NCBI GenBank assembly: GCA_965603825.1
Contig: CBFDEM010000044.1
Span: forward strand, 248,001 to 312,000
Source: Blepharisma stoltei ATCC 30299
Lineage: Eukaryota > Protista > Ciliophora
DNA: 64,000 nt
Reading direction: 5' to 3'
Of the stretch, positions 1 through 9,982 are shown one piece after another. The notes under the pieces are model-generated. The model searched no databases, was not told the DNA's origin, and saw nothing but the letters and a program-made list of their open reading frames with translations. Position numbers and translations under genes: made by a program. Position 1 is the first letter of the stretch; each line of letters opens with the position of its first letter.

Positions 1-2
1 AA

Positions 3-440
3 GGTCCAGGTAAAACTATCCTTGAAATTCCGAAAGAAGAACAAAAATACGATCTTTATATTAGGCTTCATGAAATGTGAAAAGAATATCTCGCAGACCT
101 CCTTGATAATAATTTCAATCCTAAAAACATCCAGACAAGGCTCCTTAAAGCAGACATGCATGGAGCCAAAATCTCAGTCTGAAAAGCCAGCTGCAAAAGC
201 TACGAAGGACAAAAAGGTATTATTTTACATGAAACATTAAGAGCTTTCAAAGTAATAACCCCTGAAAACGAAATAAAAAGTAAAAACTAATCAGTGTTCC
301 TAAAAAAAGATGCAATTTTCTTGCTTGAAATTGGAGATAAAGTAATCAAGCTGTTCGGAGAAGGGTTTCAATACAGAGCAGCTGATAGAGCAAAAATTAG
401 ATGGAAGCAGCGTGATAAATTAAAGATGATGAAATCATAA
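3..440 (+). CDS. POP4: RNase P/MRP subunit POP4/Rpp29 (5'-partial; two TGA=Trp; 15-nt intron 280-294)
   Basis: Frame 3 reads ...LHEM(W)KEYL...RLLKADMHGAKISV(W)KASCKSYEGQKGIILHET...FQYRAADRAK, ending TAA 438-440. LLKADxHGA and GIIxxET match the Rpp29 signature. Missed by the ORF track. Confidence 0.85.
280..294 (+). other. 15-nt spliceosomal intron GTAAAAACTAATCAG
   Basis: GT..AG, A at position 10, contains an in-frame TAA; removal restores the POP4 frame. Confidence 0.9.
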
Positions 441-453
441 AGTTTAAGCCTAA

Positions 454-1644
454 TTAGATTTGAACATAATCGCTGGCGCTTTGGTAAAAAGCTTCATGGT
501 TTCGTCTTCTCCTCATCTGCTTGGACGGGTATAATTTCCTATAGATAAAGTAAATAATGCAGATTGAAACTAAGAAGGTCAGAAAGATATTCCAAAAGCC
601 TTCACTGCTAAGTGTAGCTATTTTAGGACTATTTTGGCCACAAAGATTGCTCATGCATTGAGAGACACAGGCTGTATCGCTATCACTCATTTTGGAGCAG
701 AAAGTTAAGCATTCTTTATTGCATGATGATAACTCGGTGATGCTTGAGTCTGATTTTATTAAGGTTTGTGAGCTGTCTTGGGCGCTTGATGGGAGTTCAA
801 TATTTGACTCATTTGAAGCTTCTTCTTTGGCATGCTGGTTTTCGATGGTTATGGGTTGTTCTTCAGAGGTTGGAGTTGGCACTTCAGAAACGACTATATC
901 TGGATTTGAGCTTTCCTCCTCTGAGCTAGGAGCTTCTGCTGGCAATGTTTCTTCTGCTTCTGGGGTGCTTTCAGATATACTCTCTTCACTTTGCCCAACT
1001 TCTTCTTCTTCTTCTTGGCTGCTTGATTCTTGATTATTTTCTTCACTTGCATCAGCTTCTTCAGAATTTGTATAAGTTGCTTCTGGATTTGTTTCAGCGG
1101 CTTGCTCTGCTCCTTCTTCTTCTTCGTGATCTGAGACTGGGACACTTTCTTCTTCTTGCTCAGAATTCTGATTTTCATACTCATCTTGTTTATTTACACT
1201 TTCCTCTATTTCACTTCCATTACTTTCTTCTTCCTCGCTTTCCTCTTCCTCATTTTCTTCTTCACTTTCTTCTTCCTCATTTTCTTCTTCTTCCTCCTCG
1301 TTTTCTTCTTCTCCTTCCTCGTCCTCTTCTTCTGATTTTTCATCCTGATCATCCATATCAACATTGCCAAAGAAAGGTATTTTCCAAAACTTGAGCTGAT
1401 TTGAGCCTCCAAGAATATCAATGCATCCGCAGTCCTTTTCGCATGCAATTGCTTCTTCTCCAGTCTTTGTAGCAAAGCAAGTATTGGCGCATTCTAGATC
1501 GCATCCTAAAACCTGTGCTTTTTGTTCAACGGTTAGAGGTTTGATATAAACCACTTGGCCGTCTTCAAATTGATAAAATCCCTCAGTTATTAAAGATGTA
1601 GAAAATACTGCAAATGATAGCAGTATAAGAATTTTAGCCATCAT
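454..1644 (-). CDS. Acidic type I membrane/secretory protein: signal peptide, two Cys clusters flanking a Glu/Ser-rich tract, C-terminal TM helix
   Basis: 396-aa ORF; hydrophobic N-terminus; CxxxCxxxC...C motifs near both ends; TM FWNIFLTFLVSICIIYFIY followed by a basic tail. Confidence 0.75.
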   Translation of the reverse strand: MMAKILILLSFAVFSTSLITEGFYQFEDGQVVYIKPLTVEQKAQVLGCDLECANTCFATKTGEEAIACEKDCGCIDILGGSNQLKFWKIPFFGNVDMDDQDEKSEEEDEEGEEENEEEEEENEEEESEEENEEEESEEEESNGSEIEESVNKQDEYENQNSEQEEESVPVSDHEEEEGAEQAAETNPEATYTNSEEADASEENNQESSSQEEEEEVGQSEESISESTPEAEETLPAEAPSSEEESSNPDIVVSEVPTPTSEEQPITIENQHAKEEASNESNIELPSSAQDSSQTLIKSDSSITELSSCNKECLTFCSKMSDSDTACVSQCMSNLCGQNSPKIATLSSEGFWNIFLTFLVSICIIYFIYRKLYPSKQMRRRRNHEAFYQSASDYVQI

Positions 1645-1693
1645 TTTGAAATAATTATTTTATCAGAGAAACAAATCAAATAATATATATAAA

Positions 1694-2002
1694 ATGGAGT
1701 CGCAATGGAAACAAGCACTTGCAATAGTGGCACTTCCTAAGATCAGTTCAAATAGTGAGCATGATCAAAGGCTACTTAACGATCCTCCCATTTTGCCAGA
1801 AATTGATGTCAGATTAGAACATAGTGTCCTTTCTGCAGACCCTGAGGTAAAGCAGCCAGTCTCAAGACTTGCAGCAGTTGTAATAAATCCTCCTCAGCCT
1901 AAAAAGAGCACAGGCGTGATCGGAGGACTTAAGAATCTTGGAAAAGAGTTATACAGTGAAGCAAAAGGTGGGATAAACTCTTTGAAGCAAAGATTTCAAT
2001 AG
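1694..2002 (+). CDS. Hypothetical protein (102 aa)
   Basis: AAA-ATG start, TAG stop, coding-like composition; head-to-head with the previous gene (49-bp gap). Confidence 0.6.
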   Translation: MESQWKQALAIVALPKISSNSEHDQRLLNDPPILPEIDVRLEHSVLSADPEVKQPVSRLAAVVINPPQPKKSTGVIGGLKNLGKELYSEAKGGINSLKQRFQ

Positions 2003-2224
2003 TAAATTGAATTTATAAGCATTTGTTAATGTGAGATATCTAATAGTTTTATTTTCTAATCTAAACTCTGATAATCGCTACCAGTAGGAATCAGAAACGT
2101 AAAAACAAACTAGAAATTAATCATGCTTATTTCGAAATTCACTGAGATATATCTTAAAATTCCAACAGAAATTGTTGGCGTTTTAATTTCTCAACAATTT
2201 AAGGTTTAAAATTCCTATTTATAA

Positions 2225-4447
2225 ATGACAGAAATTGACCAAGTTATAGAATCAATCAGTGCTGACCTAATAACTCCATTGATGAATGGAATTCATTTGG
2301 ACCCAAAATTCCAAATGCCCATAGATAAGCTAAGCACTGTTATCTCAATGATTCAAAAATGCTATGACGACTATAAGAATGGACCAATTTTTTATGAGGT
2401 TTACAATGAAAGTTTGCAGCTTTATGCTAAAAATCTGTTTCTAGCTGAACTAAAAGATGACAACGTTGACACATTTTTAGATAAATTTCTTGAGGAGTGG
2501 GAAAAATACAAGGCTTTTGTGTATTGAATGAAAAAAGGGTTCTGCTATGTCGACAGACGATACTCAAACCGCTTTAAGCTTCATTCATTAGGGAAAATAG
2601 GTTTAGAGACATTTAAATCAGAGATTTTTAAAAAGATTGAGGCAAAGCTAAAAGATTGCCTTATTCAATGAATTATTGCTATCCGAGAAAATAATTTAAC
2701 TGATACTTCTAGAGCTAAAAATGGGATCAGTGTCTTTCTCGATACATTTAAAGATAACGCAGATATTATAAAAAATGAAAATAGGGATATTATATGGACT
2801 GGAGACCAAAATGATTTAAATGCTTACCAAAATAATGTTGAAGATCCTATAATTCATTATTTGAAGCATAGCTATCGAGAATCTGGCAAAGATTTATCGC
2901 AATCTTTACTTACGGGAGAGGTCTTCGCACAACTTCAAGCTATTTTCACCTATGAAGAAAACATGTGAAAAGAATTATTACTCCCATCATCTTTAGAAAA
3001 AATCAAAAAAGCAATAATCCAAGCAGTTGTGGACTCTTTTAAAGATGTTTGTGTAGAATCTGGATCATCTATACTAGAAAGTCTATATGAAGAAAGCCGA
3101 TGGGAGATTTTAAAGAACGATTTCGAGGTATACTCGTCTTCTCCAGACCTTAAGAAAATGATTCAAATTCAATTTGAAACATATGTCGAATCAAAGCTAA
3201 TAAGTCTCAGTTTAATTGATTGGAAAGAAACTGGGGATCTGATAGATTCTATCAGACAGTTTAAAGAGCACTTGGATAAAATAGTGTCAGCTTGCTATGG
3301 AAATGACCAATCCTTTTCAAAATCTTGTGAAGCTATTATTAGAAAATGCATCAATACGATACCAGATATTGCATTTATTGTTGCGAAATACTGTGATAAA
3401 TCGATGAGTAAAGATGCTAATAGATTGGAGCATGAAGAACTGCAGATTTTTTTGAGTGATCTCATTAGCTTGATTTCTTATTTAAAAGAGCAAGATTTGT
3501 TTGTTGCTAATTATTCTAAATTTTTAGGAAAAAGATTGTTAGAAGATGCATTTTTTGAGGACAGCGAAAGATCTTTTATTCAGATGTTGGCTACTGAATG
3601 TGGGAGCTCGTTAGTCGCTAAATTGAGTGCTATGATTAAAGATATAACATCGTCAAGAATATCTCAAAATGAATATATTTCTCAGTCAAGATCAAAGGGA
3701 GCTCCCAAAGGAATTGAAATATATGTAAGGCTTTTAAAAGAAGGAACTTGGCCAGAACAGAAGATTGAGGAATTTCAAATTCCTTATGAGCTTGGTGTTG
3801 CTGTGGCAGATTATTTATCATTTTATCATCAGCGTCATGTAGGGAGAAAGCTATCATGGCTTCATCATTTAGGAAGTGTCGAAGTCCGATTACTAGGATA
3901 TTCATCTGGTTATGTTTTAACAGTCAATACATTTCAATGTTCCATTCTTTTGCTATTCAACCAATTCAGCGAATTAGCAGTTAAAGACATAAGACAAAAA
4001 ACAGACTTATCAATAAAAAATCTAAAGAAAAATTTGATAATGTTTTTTAATCCAAAATACCCACTTTTCTTGAAAGAGAGCTCTGGTAAAACTCTGAATG
4101 ATAATGAAATCATAAGGATAAACCCAAATTTTTCATACAGTCTTTTCATGATAAACTATATGCCAAAAGTAAAGATCGCAAAGCAAGCAGGACAAGCAAT
4201 AAATCCAGATACTAATGAGATTCAGAATGAGAGGCGGTATCTATTGGAGTCAATAATTATCAAAGTTGCAAAATCAGCTAAAAGAATTTCGCATATAGCT
4301 TTAATCGAAAGAGTAATAAATGAAATAAAAACTTTTACCCCTCAGAGCTCAAATATTAAAGAAAGAATTGAGGATTTAATATTTAGAGGGTTGCTTGAAA
4401 GAGATAAGTTGGATTCAAATTGCTATCTCTATATTGCTGAGCAGTAA
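2225..4447 (+). CDS. Divergent cullin (740 aa with TGA=Trp)
   Basis: ORFs 2225 and 3029 are one frame across three TGA; (W)MKKGFCYVDRRY, AKYCD, DLFVANYSKFLGKRLL, GRKLSW, and a C-terminal neddylation-type ERRYLLESIIIKVAKSAK...IKERIEDLI..G.LERD...YLY. Confidence 0.9.
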
Positions 4448-4542
4448 TTAATTATATTAATTTAGATATTTATAATTTATTTGTTTAGAGCTCCAGCTTG
4501 AAAAATATTTAAAGATATTAAGCAAGCCTAATCTATACTAAT

Positions 4543-4854
4543 ATGGTGGATAAAGAGCAAAAAAGATTCAATATTAAGAAATGGAATGCTGTGGTATTGT
4601 GAGCTTGACATGATGAAGTAGAAAAGTGTGCAATTTGTAGAGAAAGTAATAGTAATCCTTGCATTAATTGTCAGCTTGATGAGCGGCCAGGAATATCGAA
4701 CGAATGTGATGTGGTATGTGGGGCTTGTAATCACATTTTTCATTTTCATTGCATCTTTCGATTTTATACATCAAGGCATGTGTGCCCAATAGATGGTAAA
4801 GAATTTGAAATAAAAAGGACTAATAGTAATTCTATTAATTCAATTAACTATTAA
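4543..4854 (+). CDS. Divergent RING-box protein, RBX1/ROC1-like (103 aa)
   Basis: MVDKEQKRFNIKKWNAVVL(W)A(W)HDEVEKCAICRESNSNPCINCQ...ECDVVCGACNHIFHFHCIFRFYTSRHVCPIDGKEF; TGA at 4600 and 4606 fall on the LWAW motif; all RBX1 Zn ligands are present. Missed by the ORF track. Confidence 0.92.
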
Positions 4855-4938
4855 TTTTATATTATCACCTGTGCTAAATCAATAAAATCTACATTTTTGA
4901 GAATCAATAAGAAATATCTAAAGCTAGCTATCTTAAGT

Positions 4939-6600
4939 TTATTGTTTATAAACCCATGGTCCAAAGAGTGCAATATAAAGCCCATTGATCAAGCCATATT
5001 CAGGTGTGCCAGTGCAGATGCTCTGTAAAGCATTAGTTCCCCAAATACGATCACAAACTAGCACAAGTCTACAATTTTGATCACATGATGTCTGAGCTCC
5101 TGGTACTCCATAGTATGCATCTAGATACTGCAAAGATCTGGTCTCATTGGCCATCCAAGTGTTAGCGAAGTCAAGCAAAGTCTGAGGCTGTAAATCTGGA
5201 AGTCCATAGTAGTCCAAAAATGAATAAGCAAGCTCAAATGTCGGAGTGACTGATGGGTTTTCATTGGCTGCTGTAAGATTGAGTCTATATTGATGAATAT
5301 CAGTAACAAGCTTAGTCACTGTATCTGCTTCATAAACTCTAAATGATGGATTCATGCCTTGATAAGTGGTCACACTTGGCGCTGCCCATTGAACACTAAG
5401 TGGAGTTAAGCTTTTAACCCCTCTGGTGATTGACCATTGATCCTTATGAGTATGCCCATAAAACTGTCCAGCAATAGTATTAGAGTATCTATCAACCAAT
5501 GCATTGACATGTGCTGCCCAATCATCTAAGCAATCTCCACTCTCAATTGGAATATGAGAAAACAGGTACACGACTTGTCCACTTTGCTCAGCAGCTGCTA
5601 GCTCTTTTGCAAGCCACTGAATTTGCCCCATAGGGTCAGTTGCATTTTCTAACAAAAAGAAGTTATCGTTATTGCATGCTTGAGTATTGATTGCGACCAT
5701 TTTCAAGTTAGTTCCAGGGTGAACCATTGAATAAGTCCACGTAGATTTTAAAGTTTCGATTGCCTGAGCATCTAGCCAATTCGACCAAATTTGCGTGAAA
5801 GGATCTATAAACACTGACGAATTTCTGGGGTCTAAGTTGTTAACTGGGAAAGGTCCATGATTTCCGAACATATAATAAATAGGGGTCGTTGGGAAATATT
5901 TTTCAAATAAATCGGCAACAACTTGCTGATAGTTTAGGTTGTATGATAACGATTGGTTCCAAACGTCGTGGGCAGGAATGTCTCCAGTGACTATTAAAAA
6001 GTCTAAATCAATCTGACTCATTTGGTCAAGTGTAACTTCAAGTGTTCTGACTGGGAGATCACACTGTAAGTCGCCCCAATAGCCAGAATTGCCTGGACCA
6101 TTCCATGATCTACAGCAGACAGGAAGTCCACAGTTATTATTTGTTCCTTCTTGATAATAAATATCAATATGCAAATCACTGATGTGTCCAAATTTATATG
6201 TCCCTTGTCCAGAAGGAGTTGGTGCTGGTGCTGACGGTTTCGATTGCAAAATGTTGTCTTGCCATTCTGTGAAGTTTTCTTTAACGTACTTAGGAGAGTC
6301 ACAGAATTCCAGCATCGAGCAAGCCCACTCTGGGTCTAAATAATGTCTTGCTATGCTCCCTGTAACTATCAGAACATTTTCTTTTATTGCACCAAGACAA
6401 ACTGGAATAGTGTATCCTTCGAATTTTTTGCAAATTTCCACTGCAATATCAATTGGATACTCCCAAATATTCGGATCTAAGGCCCATTTTTGCGCTTCTC
6501 TGAACACTTCTCTGCAGACTTCACATTCCACTAACTTATTTTTGGTTTCTAGTGAACCCAAAACGCCAAAAAGCAAACATATGAGCACTAATAACCTCAT
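4939..6600 (-). CDS. Acid sphingomyelinase-like phosphodiesterase (signal peptide, saposin-B domain, metallophosphoesterase)
   Basis: CEVC saposin start; SDLHID, TGDIPAHDVW, GNH, HIP, FYGHTH, PSVTTY..NPSFRVY motifs. Confidence 0.92.
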   Translation of the reverse strand: MRLLVLICLLFGVLGSLETKNKLVECEVCREVFREAQKWALDPNIWEYPIDIAVEICKKFEGYTIPVCLGAIKENVLIVTGSIARHYLDPEWACSMLEFCDSPKYVKENFTEWQDNILQSKPSAPAPTPSGQGTYKFGHISDLHIDIYYQEGTNNNCGLPVCCRSWNGPGNSGYWGDLQCDLPVRTLEVTLDQMSQIDLDFLIVTGDIPAHDVWNQSLSYNLNYQQVVADLFEKYFPTTPIYYMFGNHGPFPVNNLDPRNSSVFIDPFTQIWSNWLDAQAIETLKSTWTYSMVHPGTNLKMVAINTQACNNDNFFLLENATDPMGQIQWLAKELAAAEQSGQVVYLFSHIPIESGDCLDDWAAHVNALVDRYSNTIAGQFYGHTHKDQWSITRGVKSLTPLSVQWAAPSVTTYQGMNPSFRVYEADTVTKLVTDIHQYRLNLTAANENPSVTPTFELAYSFLDYYGLPDLQPQTLLDFANTWMANETRSLQYLDAYYGVPGAQTSCDQNCRLVLVCDRIWGTNALQSICTGTPEYGLINGLYIALFGPWVYKQ

Positions 6601-6990
6601 ATTTTATAAACCATATTTAGGAGAGATAATGCAAACGCAATGACACTTTTAGCAGAATTCTTAATTTATTGTGAATTATGTTAAAATTTATATAGTAAAA
6701 TTGAGCAATATTTTGATTAATTTTAAATATTTTATTATGGCTGAATAATCTTTAGAAAAACCATAAGAAAATTAAAATAAATACTAAATATCATATATTT
6801 TTAGTTTATAGTTTAGATATAGCTAAATAAAAATTGTTCGGATATAATTCTTATAAAAAATCAATTTTTTACTATTCCAACAAAATCCACTTTTGAACTT
6901 TTTAGTTGCTTTTTTATAATTTTAAATCCAAATTCTCTTATCTTTTATTTAAATTTTCTTTAAATCCATGCCATATTATACAACTTAAAA

Positions 6991-7749
6991 ATGAGTTGGA
7001 ATAAAAATCCTCCTCCATATGGAGTAAACCCTCAATATTCCTCTTTCAATTCACAATCCAACACTTTTAGTCCTCCACAAAGGCAGAACCAATATGGCGA
7101 TGCTCAGCATAGAGCTGGAGTTCCAGGAGGAGGATGGGATGAGGGCGATGAAGAAATTCGAATCCAACGCCCTAACCAAATGTCTCGTAACCCAGTGATT
7201 TCACCTCCATCAAGACCAAATCCCCCACAAGAAGTTCCTATATCCAATTATGAAATGGAAATCAACGAAGAAGGGCCGATAACTCAGGCTCGGCCAGAAA
7301 TAAAAGTAAACCAAGCCCCTTTGAGATCGCCCTTAGCGCTAGGACTTCAACCTGGCCCTTATGAAAAAAAGCTTATCGAAGACATTTGCATGCCAAGTGG
7401 AGCAAGGGTAAAACCTTCTGAAAAAGACTTGCTGGAATTAAGCAAAAAGTGCACATATTTGCCATGTGAAATTATAGGAAGTCTACTTCTGCAACAATTA
7501 GAGAACCCGCCCAAAGCTTTAAAAGCTCTTTTTGTTATAGACAGACTAATCACTGACTATCAGACTTATTTTGATTTTGCAAACGAAAATCGACACAGGA
7601 TAGAAAGTGCGGGATACTCACAAGCACATTCAAGGGCCATACAAACAATTATCAGCAAATTAGATCGCACAGGAGCAGTAACGACTGTGGCAGCAACTTC
7701 AACACCTGCATATAACCCAAATTCGTTTGAAAACATTTTAGATCTTTAA
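6991..7749 (+). CDS. Hypothetical protein: Pro/Gln-rich N-terminus, C-terminal domain resembling the tepsin VHS/ENTH-like domain
   Basis: 252-aa ORF; EKKLIEDICMPSGARVKPSEKDL...KALFVIDRL recalls the tepsin C-terminal domain (from memory, weak). Confidence 0.5.
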   Translation: MSWNKNPPPYGVNPQYSSFNSQSNTFSPPQRQNQYGDAQHRAGVPGGGWDEGDEEIRIQRPNQMSRNPVISPPSRPNPPQEVPISNYEMEINEEGPITQARPEIKVNQAPLRSPLALGLQPGPYEKKLIEDICMPSGARVKPSEKDLLELSKKCTYLPCEIIGSLLLQQLENPPKALKALFVIDRLITDYQTYFDFANENRHRIESAGYSQAHSRAIQTIISKLDRTGAVTTVAATSTPAYNPNSFENILDL

Positions 7750-7778
7750 ATGCCTTAAGCTTATAGTTTATAATTTAA

Positions 7779-9941
7779 ATGGAATCACTAAAACAATGGA
7801 ACGACTTAAGAGGCCAATACCAGCAAAAACTTGGAAGGCCTCAAACAGCCCCGCGACAAGTAAGGTTTGATTTCTCAGAAAAATATAGCTTAAGAGAGTT
7901 TCGGAATCTTAGAGAAACAAAAGCTTTGGAACTTTTAAATTTCACAAGTTCGAATCTTGCGTATTCTGAAGGCCAGCGAACTCCAGAACTGTCAGTATTT
8001 GAAAATCCTAGTTTTTCTAATAAGTTGGAGTATGCGGAAGAATATATCTGCTTAATCAAGCCAAATTTAGACATTTTTTATATTTCAAACCAAATTGAGA
8101 AGGAGCATTCAGGAAATGAGTCTTATGACGAATGAAAATTGCAGCATATTAGGGAGGACCAAGAAGAAGAAAAATATAATGACTATCAGCAGTTTCTTAA
8201 AAAGCTGAATTCTCCACAAGTGACTCAGATTATTGAAAATTTTGATGAAATCGCTTCAAAAAGATCCTCAAAGGGTATTAAAATTGAAGATCCTTACGAA
8301 GCTGAGCAAAAATCAGTCTCTTCACAGAAAGAAAAAAGTATTGAAAATAAAGAAAATTCTCACGAGTATATAGATGAAGAAATAAAAGATGCTGTTTCTA
8401 ATATTGAAAAAAATGAAAAAGAATTATCAGACAGCTCATTTGATTTCAATATTTCAGATAGCTATCCTTTGGATAGTTTGAAGGTCTCAGAAAGCTTGAG
8501 GGATGGACAAAGTAAAGCTATATATCTAGATGTTTTTGAGTGCCTAACAAGGCCTGAAATAGACATTGATTATTATTCAAAGAGAAAAAGATCAAAACGG
8601 TCTCATAGGTCTCATAGGTCTGATAAATTAGCTGTGAGCGATACTAATTTAGAAGAAACCAAAATCGAAGTTTTTGAAGTTTTAATAAAGCCCGAATCTT
8701 ATATAGATTATTATTCATTGAAGGAAAGATCAAATTCCCCTTCTACTGATAATAAGTCCATTCATATTGATAGTAAAAGTGGAGATTTATCACCTTTCTC
8801 TAGCAAGTCCAATGAAGAAGACAAATTAAATTTCAAATCTGATGAATTTCAGCGTTTTTCAAAACCTAGAGCAGATTTAAGTTACCACTCAATAGGAAAA
8901 AAAACTGAAAATTCCATTTCTGAGCATAAGTCTATTTATGAAGAAAATAAAAGTGGAGATATTTCGCCTTTCTCTTATAAGTCTAATGAAGAAAAAGAAG
9001 AAGAAAATATTAAATTGAGCGAGTTTCAGCTTTTTGAAAAGCCTGAAGTAGACTTGATCTATCAATCAATCGGGGGAAAATCTGATAAAAGCTTGCAACC
9101 TCAAGAAATGCCATTGAATATAGCAAATGAAACTAGTGACAAATTTATATCTGAAATGGACAATTTAATAAGCAATGCTGAAAAAGAGCTTGATTTTGAC
9201 ATTAAGCCAGATGAGCTTACTTTCACTGAACCAATAAAAATCCAAAATAGAGATTATATAGATGAGCAAAAAGCCTATGAAACCTCATTACGTACTAGAA
9301 ATTTATTAAGACAAGAAAATAGAACTACTCAAAAACCATACGAAGCTCTAGACACTTGGAGAAGAGAAACTAGAAGGCCGATGCCAAAAGAAAGAGAGAT
9401 AAACAAGTTTATAGAAAGATGAGAGTTTATTCATACTTATCAAATTTTTCAAGCATTTATTTTTATTTGCAAAACCCATAGAAAATGAATTAACGGCGTT
9501 AAAGCAGAATTCCAGCGAAGAAAATTGATTAACTTCTTGCAGAATTGGAAATTGTATAAGAAATACAAAATAGCAAAGAGAGAATTAGCTGTTAAAAAAG
9601 CCAAAAGAATTGCAGATAAATGGTATAATTTAACGATAAACAAGAAAAGGATGAAAATTTATTCATATCTTTATTGGTATAAAAGCATGATCAGCAAAGG
9701 ACTATTAGGATGAAAACTAGTCACCCAGAATATGGTTTTTAATAAAAACAGAATAAATGAATGCAGGAGGCGACACAGGCAAAGGCTTTTTTATAATACA
9801 TTTTATGCTTGGAAGCATATGAAAGCATTAGTGCAAGCTAATAATATTCCTATAAGAATTAGCACAACCACCTCTGTTTCAAAAACCCATGGAAAACTTC
9901 GAGAATTCCACAGTATTGATATTAAAATTATGAACCGTTAA
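7779..9941 (+). CDS. Hypothetical 720-aa protein: internal repeats and C-terminal Sfi1-like (FxxWK) helical repeats
   Basis: ORFs 7779, 8139, 9525 and 9732 are all in one frame joined by TGA; ends TAA 9939-9941; FLQNWKLY, LLG(W)K, FYAWK motifs. Confidence 0.7.
8530..9080 (+). repeat. Degenerate intragenic tandem repeat (4 copies of a (D/E)xFxxxx(K/R)PxxxxxYxS-like motif; the last two units about 174 bp apart)
   Basis: DVFECLTRPEIDIDYYS / EVFEVLIKPESYIDYYS / DEFQRFSKPRADLSYHSIGKK / SEFQLFEKPEVDLIYQSIGGK; DNA similarity between 8751-8820 and 8925-8993. Confidence 0.75.
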
Positions 9942-9982
9942 AATATACTTCTAATTATTTTCTTAATCATTTTAAGTAAAAC

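Noticed and set aside
1200-1340. TTC/TCT-rich repeat as a microsatellite or CRISPR-like array
   Set aside because: It encodes poly-Glu in the minus-strand gene; no repeat-spacer structure.
692-1475. Overlapping alternative-frame and antisense ORFs (also 13297-13902, 25621-26190, 30075-32339, 48145-48582, 54449-55054)
   Set aside because: Shadows of low-complexity or codon-biased real genes; no recognisable motifs.
4528-4749. 73-aa minus-strand ORF from the track
   Set aside because: It is the antisense of the real RBX1-like gene on the plus strand.
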